A stretch of DNA of 47,863 nt from NCBI GenBank assembly GCA_044226625.1, contig JBGAGQ010000052.1:1-47863 (forward strand). Direction: 5' to 3'. Positions within the stretch are counted from its first letter, which is position 1; every line of letters starts with the position of its first letter. Positions 19,374 to 27,723 of the stretch are shown here, in pieces. The translations under genes and the position numbers were made by a program. The stretch is from Thermoanaerobaculia bacterium (GTDB taxonomy: Bacteria > Acidobacteriota > Thermoanaerobaculia > Multivoradales > UBA5704). The notes beneath the pieces were generated by a model, which was not told the origin of the DNA, searched no databases, and worked only from the letters and a program-made list of their open reading frames with translations.

Positions 19374-19568
19374 GGCCAGCCCGCGACCACGGTCTCCGGC
19401 GGTGAGGCCCAGCGCGTGAAGCTCGCCCGCGAGCTGTGTAAGCGTCGACAGGCAAGACCATCTACTACCTCCTCGAAGAGCCGACCACCGGCCTCCACTT
19501 CGACGACGTCGGTAAGCTCGTCGCCTCCTCCATCGCTTGGTCGACCTCGGCGACACGGTGATCGTGAT
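19374..19568 (+). pseudogene. uvrA: frameshifted second copy of a uvrA 3' segment
   Basis: Aligns codon by codon to 17785-17979 ([22 protein letters not shown]...[15 protein letters not shown]...LVDLG.TVIV), with two 1-bp deletions and one duplicated codon. Confidence 0.92.
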
Positions 19569-19659
19569 GGGCTCAGCAAGGACGGCTTAAACGAGTGGTG
19601 AGGTCCCTAGTTCTCACCGATCTTCTGGACGTCGCGCCGAAGGTCTGACCCCGTCGCCG

Positions 19660-20230
19660 CGCGCGCTTGAGGATGGTGGCGTGGCTCCGCAGATGCGCTC
19701 GCGGCAGGCTTCCCGTATCGTAGACGCGAGCGAAGCTTCGCTCGATCCGTTCGCCTCGACTCCTCATCAGGGCGCCGCCTCGAGCGCTCTTACTTCTCGC
19801 CGCTGTCGCGACGGACGATCGAGCGCAGCGCCGCGTTGGCTTCCAGCGTCGTGGCGTCGATGCCCAGCGTTTTGCCCGACAAGAGCCCTTCGCGTCCGAA
19901 CACGGTGACCGCTCAGGCACGAATCTCTTCGTGAACCTCGACCGTGCTCAGGCGCCGGTTGCGTGAAATCGTCGAATGATTGGGCGGCTGCTCGGACAGC
20001 TCGTAGCCCAGAAGATCCCGCAGCGTCAGTGAGTCGGCTACCCGCCACGCGATCCCCTGTTCCGAATCGATGCCCCCGCCCACCAAGAGCAAGCGAAAGG
20101 AAATCGCTGGCGGCAGCGACGGCTGTCCTCGCCGCTCAGCATAGAAAAGTCGGCACAAACGCTCGACCGCCTCGTCGAATCCCTGCTTCGACACCGGCCG
20201 ATTCAGTGCGTCATAGTACGGATGCCCGCA
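19660..20230 (-). mobile_element. IS1182/IS5-like transposase remnant, internally deleted
   Basis: N-terminal part GHPYYDALN...GQPSLPP...GIDSEQGIAWRVADSLTLR...PNHSTISR; C-terminal part RGERIERSFA...RAHLRSHATILKR in another frame; central DDE region missing. Confidence 0.8.
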
Positions 20231-20358
20231 GCAAATCATATCCTTCAATTCGACGAATACCTGGCCGAGAAGACGGAGTCCTGACCTCGCGATTCTTTAC
20301 CGTTCGGTCAGGTCTCATCCCGGCATTAGTTGTTGGGAATTATTGATCGATCACCAAG

Positions 20359-20766
20359 CTAAGAGGGCGTGAAAATGTCGTACCCAATTCCTGTTGATTC
20401 CCAAAGCGCAGTGTTCTGTGCGTTAGCCTGGTTCTCCTCAAGGAAAATGACTTCAATCTTTTTGACGGATCCGGTATTGGAGTACTGGCCAGTATAGCTC
20501 GTCACCGAAGGGCCCCAATTTTTCTGCGGAACAGGTGGCCAATAGGCTGTAAAGGCCACCGGTACGAAGCCCTGGGGGTTTTCAGTTGGATAGACGGACC
20601 CATAAACTTGAGCCGGAAAGTTTGGATCGTATTGCGTGCTTGTTAGAGTCCCCGTGATTGCCGCTGGATCGGACTCGGAACCGACTTGCAGAATGAGGGT
20701 CGATCCGACCATGCTTATCCATGTGCCAGTCAGTGGGTTTTGGGAAGCAGTCACGTTAGAAGGCAT
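20359..20766 (-). CDS. avidin/streptavidin-fold protein, divergent, no signal peptide
   Basis: LTGTW...GST, ITGTLTS, FTAYW, SVTSYTGQY, WESTGIGYDIFT match streptavidin ITGTW..GST/LTGTYES/WTVAW/SATTWSGQY/WKSTLVGHDTFT in order and spacing. RBS AAGGAG. Low GC. Confidence 0.85.
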   Translation of the reverse strand: MPSNVTASQNPLTGTWISMVGSTLILQVGSESDPAAITGTLTSTQYDPNFPAQVYGSVYPTENPQGFVPVAFTAYWPPVPQKNWGPSVTSYTGQYSNTGSVKKIEVIFLEENQANAQNTALWESTGIGYDIFTPS

Positions 20767-20823
20767 GCACTTCTCCTTGGCGTTGAATCCGTGCCGAGAT
20801 GGCGCCGTTCGATCACTGAGTAG

Positions 20824-20839
20824 TGCAGCGTTGATGCCA
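20824..20839 (-). promoter_or_regulatory. sigma-54 (-24/-12) promoter of the avidin-like gene
   Basis: Minus strand TGGCATC-AACG-CTGCA = GG-N10-GC, about 58 bp upstream of the ATG. Confidence 0.7.
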
Positions 20840-21025
20840 GATTCAACGCAGTACTACTCTTCCGATGCACACCACTTTGGCTGATGCACCGTGGGCCAGG
20901 TAGACAGTCACGGCCAAGAACTTTCCGGGACAGAGCTACCGTTGTCGAACCTAGCAGAAAGTCCATCGACTTCAAGGTCGTGCTCCGCGAGAGTTGAGAA
21001 AGGTGGTCGCCCTGGGCGTTTGCTA

Positions 21026-21060
21026 AACGTTCTTGAACGTCTCTGAACGTCCAGCAACGT
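21026..21060. promoter_or_regulatory. four AACGT boxes at exact 10-bp period (candidate enhancer)
   Basis: AACGT at 21026, 21036, 21046 and 21056 in the intergenic gap. Confidence 0.5.
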
Positions 21061-21085
21061 CAACCGAACTGCACAAATCGGCGAC

Positions 21086-22675
21086 CTACCCCAACCCAAC
21101 CTGCCGCAACCGCCGCCTCAACCCCTGCTCCGAGACCCCGAACTCCGCCGCCATGGCGGCCACGTCATCGCCGAAGCGCTCCTTCGCCGCTTGGAGGTCT
21201 TCGAGGCTCAGATCCGCGCCGGTGCGCAGGTTGGGGTTTTTGTTCATCAGGTGGTAGATCGAGGGCCGCGGGATGCCGAGCCTCTTTGCGGCGGCGTGGG
21301 GGCGGAAGCGGGTGGCTTTTAATGCGACGAGCAGCTCTTCTTCGGTGATATCCGCGGGTTTTCTGGGTTGGGTGTAGGCCGGTGTGGGCGTCGCGGGGGT
21401 CGGTGGCAGAGCCGGTGGCGGTACGTTGGCCGGTTCGCGAAGAGCCTCGGCGAGGGTTGCGTCGAGCTGGGCCTGGTCTCGGCCTCGGTTGGTGAGCACG
21501 AGTTGGCGGACGACGTTTCTCAGCTGGCGGACGTTGCCGGGCCACGAGTGGAGGGCGAGGCGCGCCACCAGGTCGGCGGGGAGCCAGGGGGGATCGCATT
21601 CGAGGAGCGCTTCGTCGCCGATTGCGGTGAGCTCTTGGCGAAGGAATTCGACGAGCAGGCGACCGAAGTCGTCGCGTCGTTCGCGGAGAGGGGGCAGGCG
21701 GATGCCGAAGCTTTCGAGCCGGTAGAGGAGTGGGGCGCGGAAGCGGCCTGCCGCGACCGCGCTTTCGAGGTCGGCGTCGGTGGCCGCGACGAGGCGCACG
21801 TCGACGCGGCGCGGGGGCTCGCCGACTGGTTGGATCTCGCCGGTTTCCAGGCAGCGCAGCAGGAGCGTCTGCACCTCGACGGACATCTCGCCGACTTCGT
21901 CCAGGAAGAGGGTTCCGCCGTGGGCACGGGTGAAGAATCCCTCGCGCTTCCGGTCGGCGCCGGTGTAGGCGCCTCGGGCTGCGCCGAACAGCTCGGCGGC
22001 GGCGAGGCTCGCGGGAACGGCCGCCATGTTGACGGCGACGAACGGGGCGTTGCGGCGCGGTCCGGCCTGGTGCAGCGCCTGGGCGATCAGCTCCTTGCCG
22101 GTGCCGCTCTCTCCACGGAGAAGGACGGGGACGGTGGCTTCGGCCGCTTGCTGAAGGCTGCGTCGGACGGCGATCAGAGAGGGGTGTTCGCCGATCAGTC
22201 CGAAGCGTGGAAGAGAAGAGTCGAAGTAGGGGTCGATTCGGTGGAGCAGGAGGACGACTCGCCCCCCGAGCAGCAGGACCACGCCCCGGTCGATCTCCTC
22301 CGCAGAAAAAAGCTGTTCGCCGTCGACAGGTTGGCCGTGGGCGAGGATCGGAGTGGGGTTCTCGGCCGAGCGTAGGAGGATGCCGTCGCTCCTGGGATCG
22401 AGGAGGAACGGCGTGCGACTCAACCGGCGATGGCCCAGTGCTTGGGATGTCGCCGAGGATGTTGGTGCCGCGAACCTTGGCTCCAGCCGCGAGAGGAGCT
22501 CGGGCCGTCCCGTCGCAAGCTCGGCGAGGAGCGCCCGTTCGCCAACTCGCCGGAGAGTCGGGTGGTAGAGCACGGTCAGTCCGGGCAAGCGGATGCCACC
22601 GGGCTCTCTCGCGAAGGTGCCTGAGTGCGATAGCTGAGTGCTGTCGCCGAATGAGCTGGCTGAGAGCTTCGACAT
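21086..22675 (-). CDS. sigma-54-dependent enhancer-binding protein, FHA-like N-terminus, two C-terminal HTH-like segments
   Basis: GESGTGKE, GAYTGA (GAFTGA loop), TLFLDEVGE, RFRAPLLYRL, WPGNVRQL. No receiver domain. Confidence 0.93.
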   Translation of the reverse strand: MSKLSASSFGDSTQLSHSGTFAREPGGIRLPGLTVLYHPTLRRVGERALLAELATGRPELLSRLEPRFAAPTSSATSQALGHRRLSRTPFLLDPRSDGILLRSAENPTPILAHGQPVDGEQLFSAEEIDRGVVLLLGGRVVLLLHRIDPYFDSSLPRFGLIGEHPSLIAVRRSLQQAAEATVPVLLRGESGTGKELIAQALHQAGPRRNAPFVAVNMAAVPASLAAAELFGAARGAYTGADRKREGFFTRAHGGTLFLDEVGEMSVEVQTLLLRCLETGEIQPVGEPPRRVDVRLVAATDADLESAVAAGRFRAPLLYRLESFGIRLPPLRERRDDFGRLLVEFLRQELTAIGDEALLECDPPWLPADLVARLALHSWPGNVRQLRNVVRQLVLTNRGRDQAQLDATLAEALREPANVPPPALPPTPATPTPAYTQPRKPADITEEELLVALKATRFRPHAAAKRLGIPRPSIYHLMNKNPNLRTGADLSLEDLQAAKERFGDDVAAMAAEFGVSEQGLRRRLRQVGLG

Positions 22676-22722
22676 ATTGTTGGGAATTCTATCCCGCAGG
22701 AGGAAGAAACGGCTTCGAGGGA

Positions 22723-22738
22723 TGGCGCGCTATTTGCT
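22723..22738 (+). promoter_or_regulatory. sigma-54 (-24/-12) promoter
   Basis: TGGCGCG-CTAT-TTGCT, near consensus TGGCACG-N4-TTGCW, 48 bp before ATG 22786. Confidence 0.85.
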
Positions 22739-22785
22739 CTCGTGCTAGTCGCGGCAACGCCAAAAACATGTTCAAGGAGAACGAC

Positions 22786-23280
22786 ATGAATAACTTCGTG
22801 CTGGAAGTGTTGGTTGATGAGCTTTGCAGTGCGGGTTCTGTAAACTTAGTCTGGGTGCCCACGGCGGGGAAGGGTTCTCCAGCCTGGTGGACTCAGGTTC
22901 AGGAAGGCGACCGGATCAGCTTTTTGGTGACGAATATTACTGTATCGCCAATAAATGCGCCGAATACCCTCGACTTGGATTTCAGCTTTATCGAAGCACC
23001 CTTGACCATCGCGAGTCCCTTCAGTGATCAACCCGCGCAGCTAAAGGGTCTTGGGCTTAAAGCAGGAGCCCTTAGTTATGTACTCCCCAGTAGGGGGTAT
23101 ACGACATACTGGGCGGGGATGCCGGGCTATATTAATTATGCCCCCACGTTTGAAAGCCAAACTCAACCTGCGAGATTCCAGCTAACTTTCACTGTCAAAG
23201 ATCAATCCGGAAATCCAATGTGCAGGCATGATCCCGAAATCTTTGTCGGAGCGGGTGGCCCCCCGCTGTTTTGCTCTTAA
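22786..23280 (+). CDS. small low-GC hypothetical beta-rich protein (164 aa) ending HDPEIFVG
   Basis: RBS AAGGAGA, ATG 22786, sigma-54 promoter upstream; fills the gap exactly up to the convergent kinase stop. Confidence 0.75.
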   Translation: MNNFVLEVLVDELCSAGSVNLVWVPTAGKGSPAWWTQVQEGDRISFLVTNITVSPINAPNTLDLDFSFIEAPLTIASPFSDQPAQLKGLGLKAGALSYVLPSRGYTTYWAGMPGYINYAPTFESQTQPARFQLTFTVKDQSGNPMCRHDPEIFVGAGGPPLFCS

Positions 23281-23281
23281 A

Positions 23282-25576
23282 CTAGCGAAAAGCTAGACTC
23301 AAGAGCCGTTGAAACCTGGTGTCACTCCGCAGGGCCAGCAAATCGGGCTCGCGCCCAACTTCGTCGCGCGAAAAACCCTGCTGCAATGCGCGCTGGAGAA
23401 ATTCGAGGGCCCGCACTCGGTCGCCGGCCAGCTCGCTGGCGATCGCCAGGCGGAAGAGCGTACGGCCCTCAGCGGTCTCGACTTGGGTGACTTCGCGAAG
23501 GGCCTCGTCTCTCTGTCCGGCTTTGGCCAGGTAGAGCGCCCACTGGCTCCGTAGCTTGGCGTTCTTGGGATCGCGGGCGATGTCGGGTTCGATCAGTCGG
23601 GCAGCGTTGCGAAAGGCTTCCGGGGCTTCGTTGCGACGGTGGGGGATCTGGCGCCAGGCGTCGCCCAGGTTGCCCCACATGTCGTGACGCTTGGCAGCCT
23701 CGGGGAAGCCGAGCGCCTTTTGATAGGCGTCGGCCGCCGCCGGGTAGAGGCCTTGATAAAAGTAGACCGTACCGAGGTTGCCGTAGAGCGTCGCTTCCGG
23801 ATGAACCTTAAGGGCGCGCTTCAGGAGTTCGGTGGCTTCCGGCAGGCGGTTGGTGGCGATCAAGGCGCCCGCAAGGTTGCGGAGGCCGTACACGCCGTCC
23901 GGTGCTAGGGCAACGCTTTTTCGGTACTCGGCCTCGGCCTCTTTTGTTCGGCCGCTTCGGAAGTAAAGGGTGCCGAGCAGGTCGTGGAACGTGCGGCTCG
24001 CGGGGTTCAGCGCGATCGCTCGCTGGAAGGCGGCTTCGGCTTGGGCGGTCTCCTCAGCGGCTTGGTGCATCTCTCCGAGCCCGCGATAGGCGTCGGCGTT
24101 CTTAGGATCGAGGGTGCGGGCTTTCTCGAGCTCGCTTCGAGCTTCGTCGCGCTTCCCTGATTTGAGCAGGATGAACCCGAGGCTCACCCGAGCGTCGGCG
24201 AGGTTGCCATCCAGCTCGACGGCGCGGCGCGCCACGGCGAGCGCCTGGTCGAGCCACATCGCGTCGCCCCCCTCTTCGCCGAGCTTTTGCCAGTAGGCAC
24301 GCGCGAGGCCCGCGTGGTCGAGGGCTGAGTTGAGATCGTCCTCGATCAGGCGGTGGAAGAGATCGACCGCACGGTCTAGGTTTCCGGGCAGGTCGTAGCG
24401 GTCGAGAGCCGCCCACGCCTTTTGGGTAAGCGCTTTTCGTTCCGTGACGGACAGCGGTCGGGCGACGGCGGGGAACGGCTGGGCGGCGTCGGAGCGCGCG
24501 GTGGAGGAGCGCTTGGCTAGGGGGGCTTGGAGCAGACCGAAATAGGCAGCGCCCAGCAGAAATGTGGCGATTGTCGCCGCCGCCGCGACGTGGCGGGGCG
24601 GGAAGCGCCGCAGGCCCGATGAACCCCGAGCGTTCGGGGCGATGGCGGGCTGGACGTGGAGCGTCTCGGTCACCGCCGTCGTCGAACCGTCCGAGCCCGG
24701 CTCCTCGATCGTTTCGCCCAGCTCGGCGAGGAGGCGACCGACCTTCCGTGCCACCTCCCCGGCGCTCGCCGGTCGGAGCTCCGGCGCCTTTTGGAGCAGC
24801 TGACCGATCAGCGCGGCGAAGCCGGCTGACAGCTCGGGAGGGAGTGGAGCGTACGGCTCGGCGACGATGCGGTGCAGCGTCTCGGCGGCGTTGGCGCCCT
24901 GGAAAGGGGAGCGGGCGGTGAGGATCTCGTAAAGCAGCACGCCGAGCGCGAAGAGGTCCGCCCGCGGTCCCACGGCGAGCCCCAAGACCTGCTCCGGCGC
25001 CACGGAGCGGAGGGTGCCGACCAGCACTCCCGCGCGGGTGAGCGGGTCGGTGCTGGGGTCGCCTTCCGCCGGCAGCTCGCGGACCAGGCCGAAGTCGAGG
25101 ATCTTCGCCGTCGGCGGGTCGGTTTTGGCGATCAGCACGTTCTCGGTCTTCAAGTCCCGATGGACGAAACCGAGCGCGTGCGCCGCCGCGAGCCCTTCGG
25201 CGATCTGGCGGCCATAAAGCAGGACGGCGCGAAGGGGGAGCGGTCCCTGGACCACCAGATCGGTGAGCCGCGGCCCCTCCACGTACTCCATGACGATCCA
25301 ATCGCCCGGCTCCGTCTCGATCAGGTCGTACACCTGGACGATCGACGCGTGGCTGAGCCGCGCGGCCGCCCGAGCTTCGCGGCGAAACCGCTCCCGCGCT
25401 GTGCCCCCGTCATGATCCAAGCGCAAGCGCTTAATCGCGACGTTTCGGCCGAGCCGGCGGTCGAAGGCGAGGAACACCTCGCCCATGCCGCCCCTCCCGA
25501 GTCGGCGAATGAAACGGTATGGTCCCAGGTCGCCTGGGACCTCGGCGCCCTCGTCCTGCCCCGGTTGTCCATTCAC
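23282..25576 (-). CDS. Hanks-type Ser/Thr kinase with TM helix and C-terminal TPR repeats
   Basis: LGRGGMGEV, VAIK, HRDLKTEN, DFGL, GTLRSVAPE, DLFALG; TM VAAAATIATFLLGAAYFGLL; many TPR-like repeats. Start uncertain (GTG 25576 chosen). Confidence 0.93.
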   Translation of the reverse strand: MNGQPGQDEGAEVPGDLGPYRFIRRLGRGGMGEVFLAFDRRLGRNVAIKRLRLDHDGGTARERFRREARAAARLSHASIVQVYDLIETEPGDWIVMEYVEGPRLTDLVVQGPLPLRAVLLYGRQIAEGLAAAHALGFVHRDLKTENVLIAKTDPPTAKILDFGLVRELPAEGDPSTDPLTRAGVLVGTLRSVAPEQVLGLAVGPRADLFALGVLLYEILTARSPFQGANAAETLHRIVAEPYAPLPPELSAGFAALIGQLLQKAPELRPASAGEVARKVGRLLAELGETIEEPGSDGSTTAVTETLHVQPAIAPNARGSSGLRRFPPRHVAAAATIATFLLGAAYFGLLQAPLAKRSSTARSDAAQPFPAVARPLSVTERKALTQKAWAALDRYDLPGNLDRAVDLFHRLIEDDLNSALDHAGLARAYWQKLGEEGGDAMWLDQALAVARRAVELDGNLADARVSLGFILLKSGKRDEARSELEKARTLDPKNADAYRGLGEMHQAAEETAQAEAAFQRAIALNPASRTFHDLLGTLYFRSGRTKEAEAEYRKSVALAPDGVYGLRNLAGALIATNRLPEATELLKRALKVHPEATLYGNLGTVYFYQGLYPAAADAYQKALGFPEAAKRHDMWGNLGDAWRQIPHRRNEAPEAFRNAARLIEPDIARDPKNAKLRSQWALYLAKAGQRDEALREVTQVETAEGRTLFRLAIASELAGDRVRALEFLQRALQQGFSRDEVGREPDLLALRSDTRFQRLLSLAFR

Positions 25577-25816
25577 GTGTTCGATACAGTAACGCTCTTC
25601 CTGAGGCTCTGCAAAGCTGTGCCTTGGTGCAGCCTCAATGCAGCCACTGGTTTGGCGCACCTTTTCTATCGACGCGGGCGTCACGCAGTCGTCGGTGGCT
25701 CTCGCCCGGCTGCTAGGAAGAGGAATCTGCGCAACTCTTCTCTGGACGCGGTCGGCCCGGATGCGGATAATCGACGGTCAAATCGTTGGTTTTGGCTGGC
25801 GAAGGGGCGGACGTTG

Positions 25817-27613
25817 ATGAGCGGAGCGCTACTCGCGAACGGGAAGGTGGGTCGTCGTGTGGGAGGGCTCGTGGCGTTGGCCCTGGTCCTGGGGTTCGGT
25901 CCGGCTCGGGCGAACATCTCCGGCTTCGTCCGGGTCGCCGGCAGCGGCTCGCCGGGTACGCCGGTCGCGGGAGCTCGGGTGCAGGTGCGCGCCGATCCCT
26001 CCGTCGTGGCGATCACGGCGGCAGACGGCAGCTTCACGCTCGCGGCCAATCCCGTGGGCGCCGTCGATCTCGCGGCCGCGGTGCCCTATAACCGGTCGGC
26101 GGCCACGAACTATCTGATCGCCGGGGTGGTCGCGAACAACGGCGACACCGGGCTCGACATCCGGCTTCCGGTCCTGCCGCCGGCGGGCAATCCGAGCTAC
26201 GCGCCTCCGTCGGCGACCTATTGCCAGAACTGCCACGATTCGGTCTATCCGCAGTGGGCGAGCTCCAACCACGCGAACACGGCGACCAATGAGTGGGTGC
26301 TCGACCTCTATTCGGGCTCGGGTACGGCGGGCGGCGGCGCGGGCTACGTCTTCCGCTCGACCCACGACGTGGGGGAGACGGGATTCTGCGCCACCTGCCA
26401 CGCGCCGATGGCCGACGTCTTCAATCCGGGGGGGACGTATCTCGACGAGGTGAGCGACGCGAACGCGCTCGAAGGCGTCAACTGCGTATCGTGCCACCAG
26501 ATGGATTCGGTCGACGAGAACAACCTCGACGCGCTGCATCTTCTCGGCAAGTCGACCTACCGGTTCCCCGACGGCTCCGCCTTCCCGACGCAGGACTACG
26601 TTTGGGGCCCTCTGCCCGACGTCACGTTCTCGCCGATGAAGACCTCGCTTTCGACGCTGCACGACTCGTCGTTGGTCTGCGCCTCGTGCCATCAGTACAA
26701 GAATCCGACCACCGGCTCGCCGGGGCAGAACACCTACCGCGAGTGGGCGGCCTCGTCGTTCGCCGCACCGGGTCCGGGGCACCGCGATTGCCAGAACTGC
26801 CACATGCCGGAGTCGACCGAGCCGGGCACGCTCTGCATCTTCTCGCCCACGGACCGGCCGGGTGACCAGCGGCGCCAGCACATCTTCATCGGCTCGACCC
26901 CGGACATGCTGCAAAACAACGTGTCGCTCACGGTCGGCGCGCAAGAGGTGGCCGCGGGGCGGATCCGCGTCACGGCCGACGTGACGAACTTCGGAGCCGG
27001 CCACTCGTTCCCCACCGGGGTCTCCATCCGCAACGCGATCCTGGTCGTCACCGCGCTCTGGAACGGCCAGCCGGTGCCGCAGGTCTCCGGACCGGTCGTG
27101 CCGTTCTGGGGTAGCGACGACGTGCCGGGCGACCAGCCTGGCGACCTCGCCGGCATGGCGGGCAAGGGGTTCGCGAAGGTCCTCGAGGGCCGGATCAACG
27201 GTCAAGGGGCGGTCGTACGCCCGGTGCTGTTCATCGACGCCGAGGGGGGCGCGTTCTCCGACACCCTGATCCCCTCGGGCGCCACCGATACCACGCAGGT
27301 CGAGTTCCAGCTTCCGGCCAACGCTCCGCCCGGCGCGGTGGTCGACATCGAGGCGCGCCTGGTTTATCGGCGCACGTTCCGGGCTCTCCAGGTGACCAAG
27401 GGCTGGACCCAAAGCGCGCATGGTGGTCCGATCGAGATCGAGGTGGGCCGGCAAGCCCTTTCGGTGACCGCGACCGGCGGCTCGGTCCTCGACGTTCCGG
27501 CGCTCGGTCCCTGGGGCATCGCGCTGTTCGCCCTGGCGCTCGCCGCCGCCGGCGTCTGGCTCGCGGCGCGGCGGCGCGACGGCTCGGCGCCGACGACGCC
27601 GACCTCGATCTAG
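25817..27613 (+). CDS. secreted 5-heme cytochrome c with N-terminal carboxypeptidase-regulatory-like domain and IPTL-CTERM-like anchor
   Basis: Signal peptide ending ARA; CQNCH, CATCH, CVSCH, CASCH, CQNCH; GHSFPTG; C-terminal VPALGPWGIALFALALAAAGVWLAARRR. Confidence 0.88.
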   Translation: MSGALLANGKVGRRVGGLVALALVLGFGPARANISGFVRVAGSGSPGTPVAGARVQVRADPSVVAITAADGSFTLAANPVGAVDLAAAVPYNRSAATNYLIAGVVANNGDTGLDIRLPVLPPAGNPSYAPPSATYCQNCHDSVYPQWASSNHANTATNEWVLDLYSGSGTAGGGAGYVFRSTHDVGETGFCATCHAPMADVFNPGGTYLDEVSDANALEGVNCVSCHQMDSVDENNLDALHLLGKSTYRFPDGSAFPTQDYVWGPLPDVTFSPMKTSLSTLHDSSLVCASCHQYKNPTTGSPGQNTYREWAASSFAAPGPGHRDCQNCHMPESTEPGTLCIFSPTDRPGDQRRQHIFIGSTPDMLQNNVSLTVGAQEVAAGRIRVTADVTNFGAGHSFPTGVSIRNAILVVTALWNGQPVPQVSGPVVPFWGSDDVPGDQPGDLAGMAGKGFAKVLEGRINGQGAVVRPVLFIDAEGGAFSDTLIPSGATDTTQVEFQLPANAPPGAVVDIEARLVYRRTFRALQVTKGWTQSAHGGPIEIEVGRQALSVTATGGSVLDVPALGPWGIALFALALAAAGVWLAARRRDGSAPTTPTSI

Positions 27614-27614
27614 G

Positions 27615-27635
27615 CCCCGCTCTAGCCGAGCGGGG
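27615..27635 (+). terminator. hairpin after the cytochrome gene
   Basis: CCCCGCTC-TAGCC-GAGCGGGG; no U-tract. Confidence 0.4.
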
Positions 27636-27723
27636 AGCGATGGGCCTACACTGGACGGCGAAATCGAAAAGGTACCGTTTACATCGACAGACGAAGCTTC
27701 ATTTCACGCGAAAGGAGCAGTCC

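Noticed and set aside
17785-19568. Diversity-generating retroelement TR/VR pair (uvrA segment and its copy)
   Set aside because: Differences are mainly third-position changes and indels, not adenine-specific, and no reverse transcriptase is present.
25610-25668. sigma-54 promoters near the kinase start
   Set aside because: Minus-strand AGGCACAGCTTTGCA has GG-N9-GC spacing, and plus-strand TGGCGCACCTTTTCT lacks the -12 GC.
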